Of a stretch of 64,000 nucleotides of DNA, positions 30,399 to 39,939 are shown one piece after another (position 1 is the stretch's first letter; each line of letters opens with the position of its first letter). Source of the DNA: Longimicrobiales bacterium. Lineage in GTDB: Bacteria; Gemmatimonadota; Gemmatimonadetes; Longimicrobiales; Gaopeijiaceae. A model generated the notes under the pieces. It saw nothing but the letters and a program-made list of their open reading frames with translations, was not told the origin of the DNA and did no database searches. Location of the stretch: positions 96,001 to 160,000 of the forward strand of contig OZ252251.1 of assembly GCA_965249725.1 (NCBI GenBank), written 5' to 3'. Made by a program: the position numbers and the translations under genes.

Positions 30399-30656
30399 TT
30401 ACCGAAGTCGGGTCAGGTTCCGGAGCTTCTGCGCCTTGTCCAGAAGTGAAGAGGTCGACTCCGCCTCCTCGGGTGCTTCGCCGAGCAGGTCGCTGAGCCG
30501 GTCACGCAGATCGAGCAAGACCTCCAGATAGATCTGATCTCGCTGAAACTCGAAGTCCAGCCGCGCGACGTCGCCGCTTTCAGCCTCGGCGCTCCGTCCG
30601 AGCTCGTCCCGATAGAGCTTCTCGAGGTTGTCGACAATGCGTTGTCGATCTCTCAT
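30399..30656 (-). CDS. Small hypothetical protein (85 aa)
   Basis: Translationally coupled to the upstream hydrolase; helical. Confidence 0.75.
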   Translation of the reverse strand: MRDRQRIVDNLEKLYRDELGRSAEAESGDVARLDFEFQRDQIYLEVLLDLRDRLSDLLGEAPEEAESTSSLLDKAQKLRNLTRLR

Positions 30657-31279
30657 AACACATCTCCTCCGGGACCGTCGCGGAAGAACTCCGTCAGCGC
30701 CCCTTTCATCTCGTCCATGCCTTTGCTGAAGTAGTGATCCGCCCCGGGGATTCGTACCAGCGTCACATGCGGCCCGAACTCGGCTACGGCGGACTCGACC
30801 TCGGTCCCGGATCCGAACTCGTCGTCCTCTCCCTGTACGATGAGTACGGGCTTAGCCACGTCCTTCAAGAAGGTATAGTCGTAGAGACGCACGGGAATGC
30901 CGATGGCAAAGAGGGCAGCGACCCTCGGGTCACTGCAGGCGTAGCCCAGGGACACCATCGAGCCGAACGAGAACCCGCCTGTCACCAGGGGAAGCCCCGG
31001 ATGTTGTTCCTCGAGCCAGCCCAGGGCCGCGGCCACGTCGTCCTTCTCACCGATGCCCTCTTCATAGCCGCCCGTGCTGGTACCAACACCTCGAAAATTG
31101 AAGCGAAGTGCGGCGATCCCAGCGTCCGCCAATGCCTGAGCCGCACGAAACACGGCCTTGGTGTGCATCGTACCGCCATGTAGGGGATGCGGGTGACAGA
31201 CTACGCCGGCTGCACGCGGCGCGCCGGACGGCGTGCGAAGGGCGGCCTCCAGCTGTCCATGGGGTGCGGGAATGTTCAA
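30653..31279 (-). CDS. Alpha/beta hydrolase
   Basis: CHPHPLHGGTM, RFNFRGVG, GFSFG, GADHYF. Confidence 0.9.
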   Translation of the reverse strand: MNIPAPHGQLEAALRTPSGAPRAAGVVCHPHPLHGGTMHTKAVFRAAQALADAGIAALRFNFRGVGTSTGGYEEGIGEKDDVAAALGWLEEQHPGLPLVTGGFSFGSMVSLGYACSDPRVAALFAIGIPVRLYDYTFLKDVAKPVLIVQGEDDEFGSGTEVESAVAEFGPHVTLVRIPGADHYFSKGMDEMKGALTEFFRDGPGGDVL

Positions 31280-31415
31280 GCAAGACTCCTGCGGTTGTCT
31301 CGCACGTGTTCTCCAGGCCCGCTATCTTTGGTCACGCGGCCCCGGGTGGGATTCGAGACACCACTCTAGGCCCCCATCAGTGGCCTCGCCACCGGCCCTG
31401 AACCCGAGCTATCCG

Positions 31416-31934
31416 ATGCCGTCGAACCAGACCGAGGACCAGAAACTCACCGCTCGAGCCAATGACCTCTATTGGCACTCCGGGCAGAGCGTGAATCAGA
31501 TCGCCGAGGAGATGGACCTCTCCAAGAGTCGATTGTACGGCCTCGTTCGACCGTTACCGGTAGGAAGCCCCTGCCCCGACTGCCAGACCGAGCTTCTCTT
31601 CCCCAACAGGACGGCGATGGAGAAGGGGTTCGTCACGTGCCCGGAGTGTGGCTTCGAGGGTGCGGTCGACAAGGTACCGGTAGAGACGGGCAAGGCCGCT
31701 CCCAAGAAACGACGCATAAGGAAGAAGACCGGTCCGAGCCGAGCGAAGAGCGCCACCAACGGGCAGGCGACGACGCAGCCGGCCCCGTCATCCGAAGCAG
31801 ACGAGGGCGCCGCCCAAGAAGCGGCGTCTGCGCTGGCACATAGGCGAGTGGGCTCGAAACGAGTGCTCTGGGGCTCTGTGCTGCTCGGGGCGGCGGCAGG
31901 GCTCTACATCGCCATCCGGCAACGCCGCTCATAG
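31416..31934 (+). CDS. Hypothetical protein: HTH-like, Zn ribbon, C-terminal TM anchor
   Basis: SVNQIAEEMDLSKSRLY; CPDC...CPEC; VLWGSVLLGAAAGLYIAI. Confidence 0.7.
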   Translation: MPSNQTEDQKLTARANDLYWHSGQSVNQIAEEMDLSKSRLYGLVRPLPVGSPCPDCQTELLFPNRTAMEKGFVTCPECGFEGAVDKVPVETGKAAPKKRRIRKKTGPSRAKSATNGQATTQPAPSSEADEGAAQEAASALAHRRVGSKRVLWGSVLLGAAAGLYIAIRQRRS

Positions 31935-31951
31935 TCCGCAGCCCGGCATCG

Positions 31952-33139
31952 ATGCAGACCCACACACATGACCCTCGGACGATCATCACGCCGGACGCGT
32001 TTTCGGTAGATCCTCCGCTGTTGGGCACCCCACTCGCGCCTCCGGGGCGAAGGGCCATCGCCGTCTTGATCGATCTTTTGGTGGTGGGAATGATCACGGC
32101 GCTCACCAGCGGATTCTGGTTCGTCTTCGGCGTGGTCGCGGCGGCATTCTTCTTCACGACGGCGAGAACCCCCGGCAAGGGCGATCGTACATCCAAGATC
32201 TTCCGGGCGTTCTTGGGATGCATGGGCGTATCGGTACTGCTCGTGACGGTGATGATCTTCGTCGGTCTTCGCATTCTGAGCGACGGCGACGAGGGCCCGG
32301 TGTTCAACGCTTCCGTCACGAGCGACAGTACCGAGATCAACCTGTCTGGTGCTTTCGACGGCGTGCTTGGAGGTATCGCCGAGGGGGCCCAGATCGTCAC
32401 TTCGGAGACGCCCGAAGAGGTCGTGGCACTGTCCACGAGGCTCGGACGCCGGCTCGAGTCGACGATGTCGAGGAGCGAGGTGGAGGAGGCGCTCGGGGAG
32501 CTCATCCCCGACGAAGTTGGCGACGCCGACGTGGAGGACCTGTTGGAACGGGTGATGGCAAACCTGGATTCGTCTGCCGAGAGCGAGCCGGAGGACCCCA
32601 GCGACGAGGCGACGGCCGAGGACGCACAGCGCACGATGACCGAAGCCATGGCGCTGGCGGGCGATACCATCGAAGAACTGCAGGACCGTCTCGACCGCGC
32701 GGAGCGCGACCTCGAGCAGACAGAAGCCCAACTCCAGCAGGCGGAGGAGCGGCGGGGCGTCTTCGGGTGGCTGGCGGAGCGGGTCGAATCGCTGGGCTTC
32801 GGACTCGGGTGGTGGACCATGTACTTCGCCATCCTGATGCCCTGGATGAACGGACAGACGCCCGGTAAGCGGGCGGTGGGGATTCGGGTCGTACGGTTGG
32901 ACGGACAGCCGGTCACCTGGTGGCACGCGTTCGAGCGCGCCGGTGGATACGCCGCCGGGCTCGCGACGGGAACCCTCGGCTTCTTGCAGATCTACTGGGA
33001 CCCGAACCGACAGGCGATCCACGACAAGATCGCCGGCACCGTCGTGACGTTGGACGGCGCCCCCAAGGTGCCGGGGCGTTGGGACCTGGCCGCACAGGGC
33101 GCGGACGGACATACCACTGAAACCCCCGGAGACGCGTGA
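31952..33139 (+). CDS. RDD family membrane protein with large acidic insertion
   Basis: GRRAIAVLIDL; GQTPGKR..GIRVV; RQAIHDKIAGT.V. Confidence 0.85.
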   Translation: MQTHTHDPRTIITPDAFSVDPPLLGTPLAPPGRRAIAVLIDLLVVGMITALTSGFWFVFGVVAAAFFFTTARTPGKGDRTSKIFRAFLGCMGVSVLLVTVMIFVGLRILSDGDEGPVFNASVTSDSTEINLSGAFDGVLGGIAEGAQIVTSETPEEVVALSTRLGRRLESTMSRSEVEEALGELIPDEVGDADVEDLLERVMANLDSSAESEPEDPSDEATAEDAQRTMTEAMALAGDTIEELQDRLDRAERDLEQTEAQLQQAEERRGVFGWLAERVESLGFGLGWWTMYFAILMPWMNGQTPGKRAVGIRVVRLDGQPVTWWHAFERAGGYAAGLATGTLGFLQIYWDPNRQAIHDKIAGTVVTLDGAPKVPGRWDLAAQGADGHTTETPGDA

Positions 33140-33993
33140 CTGAAGAGCTGAACGAAATCGAGGAGCCCTCCACCACCGACGGCGCCGGACGTACGGTCGA
33201 AGAGCGGTTCGCCCGTCGCATTCAGATCAACGTCCCCGACCGCCACAGCCCCAGGCTCCAGGCCCTCATGGAGATCGTGAACGCCGACGATGATCTCTAT
33301 GCGCTCTGGGTGGCCAGCAACGTGGTCGCGATCGAGCGTCTGGACATGACGGACCACGGTCCGGTGCACGTGAAGATCGTCACGAACATCGCCCTGAAGA
33401 TGCTGCGGCTCCTGGTCGACGCCGGTGTCCAACCTTCGGTGGTAGAAAACTACCGACTCGAGGTGCAGGACGCAGAGGCGGTGGTGGTCCTGGGGGCACT
33501 GCTTCACGACCTCGGAATGTCCATCCAGCGATCGGACCACGAGAGCTACTCTCTCTTCGTCGCCCAGGACAAGCTCAAAGCCATCCTCCCGCAATTGTAC
33601 GACACGGCCACCTCGGCGATCATGCGGAGCGAGGTGCTCCACGCCATCATCTCGCACCGGTCCGGCGGTAGGCCGCTGACGATCGAAGCCGGCGTTGTGC
33701 GGATCGCCGATGCGCTGGACATGGCCAAGGGTCGTTCGCGAATCCCGTTCGAGAAGGGCTCGGAGAGCATTCACTCGGTGTCCGCAGCCGCCATCGACTC
33801 CGTGTCGATCGACGCCGGATCGGATCGGCCCGTCTGCCTCACCGTGGAGATCACCAACTCCGCAGGCATCTTTCAGCTCGACCAGCTGTTCCGGGAGAAG
33901 CTCAAGGGAAGCGGCCTCGAGGAGCACGTGGAGCTCCGCGCTGTCCTCCAGGGTGACACGGAGCAGAGACTATTCAAGGAGTTCCGGATTTGA
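33136..33993 (+). CDS. HD-domain phosphohydrolase
   Basis: DHG..H, LHDLG, HAIISH, IADALD. Confidence 0.85.
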   Translation: MTEELNEIEEPSTTDGAGRTVEERFARRIQINVPDRHSPRLQALMEIVNADDDLYALWVASNVVAIERLDMTDHGPVHVKIVTNIALKMLRLLVDAGVQPSVVENYRLEVQDAEAVVVLGALLHDLGMSIQRSDHESYSLFVAQDKLKAILPQLYDTATSAIMRSEVLHAIISHRSGGRPLTIEAGVVRIADALDMAKGRSRIPFEKGSESIHSVSAAAIDSVSIDAGSDRPVCLTVEITNSAGIFQLDQLFREKLKGSGLEEHVELRAVLQGDTEQRLFKEFRI

Positions 33994-34060
33994 GGTCGAG
34001 TCACCCTATGCCTTCCACGGACCTCTAGTGCCGGGTCTCTAGACCCGCAACCGACGCTCC

Positions 34061-34795
34061 ATGGACTCCGTCAGCATCTCGCTTCCGTTCGCCTTTCTCG
34101 CGGGTCTGGTGTCGTTTCTGTCTCCGTGTGTGCTCCCCGTGGTTCCGACGTACGTCACGTATGTCTCGGGACTGACGCTCGACGAGCTCGCCGCGGACGG
34201 TTCGGGCGCGCGTCGCAAGGCGGTGCTCCACTCGGCACTCTTCATCCTGGGTTTTCTGCTCGTCTTCATGACATTGGGCGCGTCGGCGACGGCCGCGGGC
34301 CAGACCTTCAACCGCATGCTCCCGCTCATTTCGCGGCTGGGCGGAGTGGTGGTCCTCTTCTTCGGGCTTCTGCTACTCGACTGGGTCCGCCTACCCGCAC
34401 TCGCTCGTGACATCCGAGTGCATTTGCGGTCGAAACCCACCGGAGCCCTAGGGTCTCTGGTGGTGGGAGTGATCTTCGGCGCCGGATGGACGCCGTGCAT
34501 CGGTCCCATCCTGGCGACCATTCTCTTCTACGCGACCATGGAGGCCACGGTGGCCCAGGGGACCCTGCTCCTGGCCGTGTACGGGTTGGGTCTGGGAGTC
34601 CCGTTTCTCGTGTCGGCCGTGGCATTCAACTGGTTTCTTGCTAGCTTCGGGGCGGTTAGACGCTGGGCCCTGCCGGCCCAGAGAGTGGCCGGGATCCTTT
34701 TGATCGTGGCAGGAGTTCTGCTCGTTACCGGAAAGTTCGCGTCCGTCTCGGCGTCTCTGGCCGACCTCGGGCAGTGGATCAATCTGGAGATATGA
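34061..34795 (+). CDS. ccdA: Cytochrome c biogenesis/thiol transporter CcdA
   Basis: AGLVSFLSPCVLP and GWTPCIGPIL. Confidence 0.92.
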   Translation: MDSVSISLPFAFLAGLVSFLSPCVLPVVPTYVTYVSGLTLDELAADGSGARRKAVLHSALFILGFLLVFMTLGASATAAGQTFNRMLPLISRLGGVVVLFFGLLLLDWVRLPALARDIRVHLRSKPTGALGSLVVGVIFGAGWTPCIGPILATILFYATMEATVAQGTLLLAVYGLGLGVPFLVSAVAFNWFLASFGAVRRWALPAQRVAGILLIVAGVLLVTGKFASVSASLADLGQWINLEI

Positions 34796-35604
34796 TGATC
34801 CGTTCGAGCGCATCGACCCGAAGGCCGGGGTTGAGAGCCTTTGTGGTGCCGGTGCTTCTCGGCACCGCTCTCTCGCTGTTCTCCGGTGCGTGCGCGTCGG
34901 ACCAGGACGCCCCCACCGACGAAGCTCGCCTCACCACCCGCGGGGCAGGCGACCTCCTGGCTACCGGAGCCCCCGCTGCGCCCGTACCCGAGGGCTTCGA
35001 GAGCCTGACCCGGCCGCCGCCCAATACGCCCCCCCAAGAGCAGATTACACTCGAGATGCTCGGGGTGGATTTCGGGAGCGACGAGGCTCCGGCGCGCATT
35101 CTCGAGCTCTTCGACTTCGGATGTGGGTTCTGCCGCAAGTTCCACAAGGAGACCTTGCCAGCGCTGACCGCGAAGTACATCGAAGACGGGAAGCTCCTGT
35201 GGAAGGCCGTTCCCTTCGTTATCGGTAATTGGGCCAACTCAGTTCCGGCCACCATGGCCGCGGAGTGCGCCCTCGGTCAGGGGACCGATCAGTATGAGCA
35301 GATGGCCGAGGCTCTCTTCGACCGTCAGTCGGATTGGAAGCAGGCCTCCGAGCCCGAGGCGGTCATCGACGAGATCGCGATGGACCTGGGGCTCGACATG
35401 GAGGCGTTCCAGGCGTGCCTGGCCAGCGACGAGTACCTATGGAGGGTGCAGGCACATACGTCTCTGGCCCGACAGATCGGCGTCCGGGGCACCCCGACGT
35501 TCGTCGTCGTGGGATACGCACCGTTCTCCGGCGCCCTGCCCCTCGAACTCTTCGAAGAGATCATCGACACGGTGCTCGTGAACGCGGCGGCCGACACCCC
35601 GTAA
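34792..35604 (+). CDS. DsbA-family thioredoxin lipoprotein
   Basis: Lipobox SGAC; DFGCGFC; GVRGTPTF; coupled to ccdA. Confidence 0.88.
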   Translation: MMIRSSASTRRPGLRAFVVPVLLGTALSLFSGACASDQDAPTDEARLTTRGAGDLLATGAPAAPVPEGFESLTRPPPNTPPQEQITLEMLGVDFGSDEAPARILELFDFGCGFCRKFHKETLPALTAKYIEDGKLLWKAVPFVIGNWANSVPATMAAECALGQGTDQYEQMAEALFDRQSDWKQASEPEAVIDEIAMDLGLDMEAFQACLASDEYLWRVQAHTSLARQIGVRGTPTFVVVGYAPFSGALPLELFEEIIDTVLVNAAADTP

Positions 35605-35623
35605 CCGGCAGCGAACCGCATCA

Positions 35624-36529
35624 GTGACTACTAGCCGACGCCGGAGCCGTCTCACCGGGCTCGGCCGTTCGGTCGGGCTCGGCACCGTACCCCTCGTCCT
35701 GTCGTGCGGCCTGTCGATCGGAGACGGCCCGGGATGCCGTTTGGACGGGGCGCCCGTAGCGCTGCCCGAGATCCTGGACGAAACCAGCGGCCTGGCCGTG
35801 GGCATCCGAGACCCCAGCCGCATCTGGAGCCACAACGACTCGGGCCACGAGCCCCAGCTCTTTGCGCTGGACCACGCCGGCGTCCTCCATGCCACCGTCG
35901 AGGTCGATCACAGGAATCGCGACTGGGAGGACATGGACAGGGCGCGCTGTGGGGAGGGCTCGTGCCTGTACCTGGCCGACACAGGTGACAACCTGGAACG
36001 CCATGACCAAGTAGCCCTGTACCGCTTTCCGGAGCCCGACGGTCGCTCGGACGGAGCGGCGGGCGCCGAGGAGTACCTGATGAAGTTCCCCGACGGGCCC
36101 CGGGATGTGGAGGCGATGTACATCCTTCCGGACGAGAGGATCTTCTTCATCACCAAGGGGCGAAACCACCCCATCACGGTTTTTCGCTACCCGCCGCCGC
36201 TAAGGTCGGACCAGGTGGTCACACTCGAGGCTGTCCAAGAGATGAGTGACGGCGCCGTCGCCCCACCTCGCTACGTAACCGGCGCTTCGGCCACACTGGA
36301 CGGCTCCAAGGTGGTGGTCCGAACGTACGAGACTCTGGAGTTCTTCGGGGTGGGAGAGAACGGAGAGCTTCGTCCGACAGACGACGGTCGTGTGAACCTA
36401 CGGACCCTCCGGGAACCCCAGGGCGAAGCAGTGGCGTTCCTCCCCGACGGTCGCCTCGTCCTCAGCTCGGAGTCGGGGTTTACGTCGCTCCCGTCGATCG
36501 TGATGCTGACCTGCGAGATGGATCACTAA
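35624..36529 (+). CDS. Secreted/lipoprotein beta-propeller hypothetical protein
   Basis: ETSGLA, WSHNDSG, DWEDM, LADTGDN, QGEAV. Confidence 0.7.
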   Translation: MTTSRRRSRLTGLGRSVGLGTVPLVLSCGLSIGDGPGCRLDGAPVALPEILDETSGLAVGIRDPSRIWSHNDSGHEPQLFALDHAGVLHATVEVDHRNRDWEDMDRARCGEGSCLYLADTGDNLERHDQVALYRFPEPDGRSDGAAGAEEYLMKFPDGPRDVEAMYILPDERIFFITKGRNHPITVFRYPPPLRSDQVVTLEAVQEMSDGAVAPPRYVTGASATLDGSKVVVRTYETLEFFGVGENGELRPTDDGRVNLRTLREPQGEAVAFLPDGRLVLSSESGFTSLPSIVMLTCEMDH

Positions 36530-36552
36530 CACCTTCCCCGTCCGGAGTTCCC

Positions 36553-37581
36553 ATGGGTGCGAACACCACACGTCGACTCAGAACCGCCCTCATGCTAATG
36601 CTGGTCTGTATTCCAGTCGCCCTCAGCTACGAGTTCATCGAGTCCGCGCTGAACAGCGACCATGCCAAAGTGTCGTTCATCGGCGTGTTCGTCGGCGTCG
36701 TCCTCGCGTTGCCCCTGGCGATACTCGAGGAGTCCGGGTTCGACGAGCGAATGAGGCGCCTGCCGTTCTCGGTGGCGGTCGTCGCGAAATCTCTCACGTA
36801 CATCGCCGCACTCTTCGTGGCCTTCTCCCTCGCCGGTTTGGTGGTCGGACTGCTGCAGGGCCTGCGCTGGGCGGACTTCTGGGCGTCCATGGCCGAGCCC
36901 GGACTCTACGTGCAGATGGCAGTCGGGTTCGTTCTCTACATGATCATCGTCTTCTTTCGACAACTCGATCGGCTCCTCGGTCCAGGCGTGCTGGTCCGGT
37001 ACATCCTGGGCCGATATCACCGGCCCCGTAGTGAAGCCCGCATCTTCATGTTTCTGGATCTCAAGTCGTCGACGACCCTGGGCGAGGAACTGGACCGCGA
37101 TAGCTACTACGGGTTGCTCAACGAGTTCTTCCGTGACATCTCCGGCCCGGTGCTCGACAGCGAGGGAGAGATCTACGAGTACGTCGGCGACGAAGCGGTC
37201 ATCACGTGGAAGGAGGAGCGCGGGATCAAGGACGCGAACTGCATCCGCGTGTTCTTCGAAATCGATCGGGTCATCGAGAAGAAGCGGCAGAGCTACCTGG
37301 ATCGATTCGGTGTCGCGCCGGAGTACAAGGCGGGCGTCCACGTCGGTGACGTGGTCGCTGCCGAGATCGGAGACTTGAAGAAGGCCCTGGTCTTCAACGG
37401 CGACGTACTGAATACGGGCGCCCGGATTCAGGCGGAGTGTGGCCGCCTGGGCAAGCGTCTTCTCTCATCGGCCGCCCTCTTCGAGCGTCTGGTTCTTCCG
37501 GAGGGGCGAACGGCCGAACAGTTGGGGCCCACGGCTTTGCGCGGGAAGGCCGAACCGGTAAACCTGGTGGCGTTCGCCTGA
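36553..37581 (+). CDS. Membrane-bound class III adenylate/guanylate cyclase
   Basis: 4 TM; FMFLDLKSST, YVGDE, KAGVHVG, GDVLNTGARIQ. Confidence 0.9.
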   Translation: MGANTTRRLRTALMLMLVCIPVALSYEFIESALNSDHAKVSFIGVFVGVVLALPLAILEESGFDERMRRLPFSVAVVAKSLTYIAALFVAFSLAGLVVGLLQGLRWADFWASMAEPGLYVQMAVGFVLYMIIVFFRQLDRLLGPGVLVRYILGRYHRPRSEARIFMFLDLKSSTTLGEELDRDSYYGLLNEFFRDISGPVLDSEGEIYEYVGDEAVITWKEERGIKDANCIRVFFEIDRVIEKKRQSYLDRFGVAPEYKAGVHVGDVVAAEIGDLKKALVFNGDVLNTGARIQAECGRLGKRLLSSAALFERLVLPEGRTAEQLGPTALRGKAEPVNLVAFA

Positions 37582-37589
37582 TCTGCTCG

Positions 37590-38083
37590 TCATTGACCCA
37601 GGGGCTTCTTGAAGCAGACGATGCGCCCTGCCTCCGAGAATCCCGCCGCAGTGTGGAAGGCTTGGCTCGCCTCGTTCTCGATTGCGCAGTCTGAGCCGAA
37701 CTCCGTGAAACCGCTGGATCGGGCCCATGCTTCCGCCTCACGGACCAAGGCGAGCGCAACGCCGGTCCGACGGACATCAGGATCCACCCAGATCCCTCGA
37801 GGTAGGCCACGGGCGAGCTGTCGCAGCCCTCGGCAAACCTCCTGGTGCCGAGCTCTGCAAAGCCGCAGAGCCGACCCTCTCGGCCCTCGGCACCCGGGCG
37901 CTCGGCCGCCGAGCGCTCCGCCGCCGAACGCTCCGCCGCCGAACGCTCCGCCACCAGGATCTCTGCGTCGGGAGGAGGTGCCGCCAGCAACGTGTCGACC
38001 TCAGCTTCCTTCGAATCCCGCCAGAGCGCTTGGCGCATCCGCACCAGTTCGTCGCGGTCGGACAGGCGTAGGCGTCGGATCAC
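37590..38083 (-). pseudogene. Aminoglycoside 6'-N-acetyltransferase-like GNAT, 1-bp deletion near 37795
   Basis: MRQALW, GFAE, GCDSSPVAYLEG | IWVDPDVRRTG, EFGSD...NEASQAFH...GF. Confidence 0.8.
37899..37952. repeat. 15-bp in-frame tandem repeat encoding (AERSA)x~3.6
   Basis: CGCTCCGCCGCCGAA units inside the GNAT gene. Confidence 0.85.
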
Positions 38084-38132
38084 GGAGTAGTGTTCAATCG
38101 GATACCGTCGGGTCGGACATGATGCCCTTCTC

Positions 38133-38731
38133 CTACAGGTCGGGATCCGCCTCCATCCGTCCCGACGACGGGAGTCGAGCTCGGTCGTTCACCGGGACCG
38201 GTAGATCCTGAGTCGCCACCAAGAGCACCAACGCTTCCAGACGGTCGGCCGCGGACTTCACCCATCCCATCCATCGACCCTTACGGAGCATGATCTTCGA
38301 TACGAAGACGCGCATCTCGGTCACACACCCGGCCGACGTGACCCTGAAGCCGAGACCCCTGCGATCCCGCCATGTGATCTGATCTTCCTCGAGCTTCACC
38401 TGAGCCGGCCCTTCACGGTAAGGCTGGAAGAGGCGTACCGCCCGCATGAGCTGTTCGGAGCTGATCTCGACCGGAATCGTTCGGACCGTCCAAAGGAATG
38501 TCACGAGGAGCCCCGACCTCTGCACCGGATGCCTGCGGACCTCCGTAGCGGCGGCCTGTTGGGCCTCCGCGATGGCGCGCTCCACGGCCTGTGAGCCAAA
38601 CCCGGCTTCTCCGGCAATCGACCGGAGTTCCGCGACCGTGACGGGTCTCGTGTCCTCCGACCCCTCGATCTCCGCGGCTCGCCTAGAATGCGGTCGGCAT
38701 CGAGCTTGGAGAAACTTGGCAGGTTGTTCAT
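38133..38731 (-). pseudogene. Hypothetical protein with 1-bp deletion near 38684
   Basis: MNNLPSFSKLDADRIL | RAAEIE...VAELRSIAGEAG...AVERA joins into one coherent helical motif. Confidence 0.6.
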
Positions 38732-38872
38732 ACGCTTCAGGGTTACAGCCGAGCCGGCCCGACGGACTGCCGCGCGGTTCTGGCTCCAAGGATCGCCAAC
38801 CTGCAGGGCCGCCGATACTCGGCGCAAGCAACGAGGGTTGCTTCAACCGGCGGCTCACTCGATCGTCACCGA

Positions 38873-39907
38873 ATGCGCTGCCTCACCCTCATCCATCTGA
38901 CGGCCATCGCCGCTCTGCTCGTCGCCGTCCCGCTCACGGCCCGGGGACAGCAACGTCCCGGCGTCGTTGTCATCACTACGGGCGGGACCATCGCCGGCAG
39001 CCCGGGCGGAGCCCTATCGGGAGACAGCCTGGTTGGAGCGGTACCGGAGCTGCTCGAGCACGCAAACGTGAGTGTCGAGGAGATCTATCGGATCGGCTCT
39101 TCACAGATGACGCCGAATCACTGGCTCTCGCTTGCGAAGCGAGTGAACGAGTTGTTGAGGGCTGATCCCGACCTCAGCGGCATCGTGATCACACACGGGA
39201 CGGACACGCTCGAGGAGACGGCGTTCTTCCTGAACCTGACCGTGCGTGACCCGCGGCCGGTCGTCATGGTCGGTGCGATGCGTACCGCCGACGCGATCTC
39301 GGCCGACGGTCCCGGGAACCTGCTCAACGCCGTTCGGGTCGCCGTCTCGCCCGAGGCCGTCGGAAAGGGTGTTCTCGTCGTGCTCAACGAGGACATCGGC
39401 GCGGCCCGCGACATATGGAAGACGCACAACCAACGGGTGGAGACGTTCCGGTCTCCCGAATTGGGCTTCCTGGGTTACGTGGATCCCGATGAAGTGGTTT
39501 TCCACCGCGAGACGCTGCGGCCACACACTACGGGGAGTCCGTTCGATGTAACCGGGCTCGAAGAACTCCCCCGTGTCGACATCGTCAGCGACTACGCTGG
39601 ATCGGACGGCCGCATCCTGACGAACGCCGCCGAACAGGCCCCTGATGGCATCGTGGTGATCACGTTCGCGGGGGGCCGCATGAGCGCGGGCACGCAGATG
39701 GGTCTCCAGGCCGCGGTCGCGGCGGGGGTGCCCGTAGTGATCGCGTCGAGGGTGCCAGGCGGCAGGATCGTCGGCAATCCGGCTGAACGCTTCGGGGCGT
39801 TGCAGTCCTCGGACTTGCCGGCCAACAAGACGCGCATCCTGCTGATGTTGGGACTGACGCAGACGACGAGCCCCTCCGAGCTGCAGAGGATTCTCGACCT
39901 CTTCTAG
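38873..39907 (+). CDS. Secreted type II L-asparaginase
   Basis: Signal peptide; TGGTIA, HGTDTLEET, SADGP.NL. Confidence 0.92.
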   Translation: MRCLTLIHLTAIAALLVAVPLTARGQQRPGVVVITTGGTIAGSPGGALSGDSLVGAVPELLEHANVSVEEIYRIGSSQMTPNHWLSLAKRVNELLRADPDLSGIVITHGTDTLEETAFFLNLTVRDPRPVVMVGAMRTADAISADGPGNLLNAVRVAVSPEAVGKGVLVVLNEDIGAARDIWKTHNQRVETFRSPELGFLGYVDPDEVVFHRETLRPHTTGSPFDVTGLEELPRVDIVSDYAGSDGRILTNAAEQAPDGIVVITFAGGRMSAGTQMGLQAAVAAGVPVVIASRVPGGRIVGNPAERFGALQSSDLPANKTRILLMLGLTQTTSPSELQRILDLF

Positions 39908-39939
39908 GAGCCCGGACGCGGTCTACGCCGGGCGTACCG

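Noticed and set aside
38732..38860. Degenerate integron attC-like site (also near 3880-3900 and 5160-5190)
   Set aside because: Only partial inverted repeats; R-box consensus not met; no integrase.
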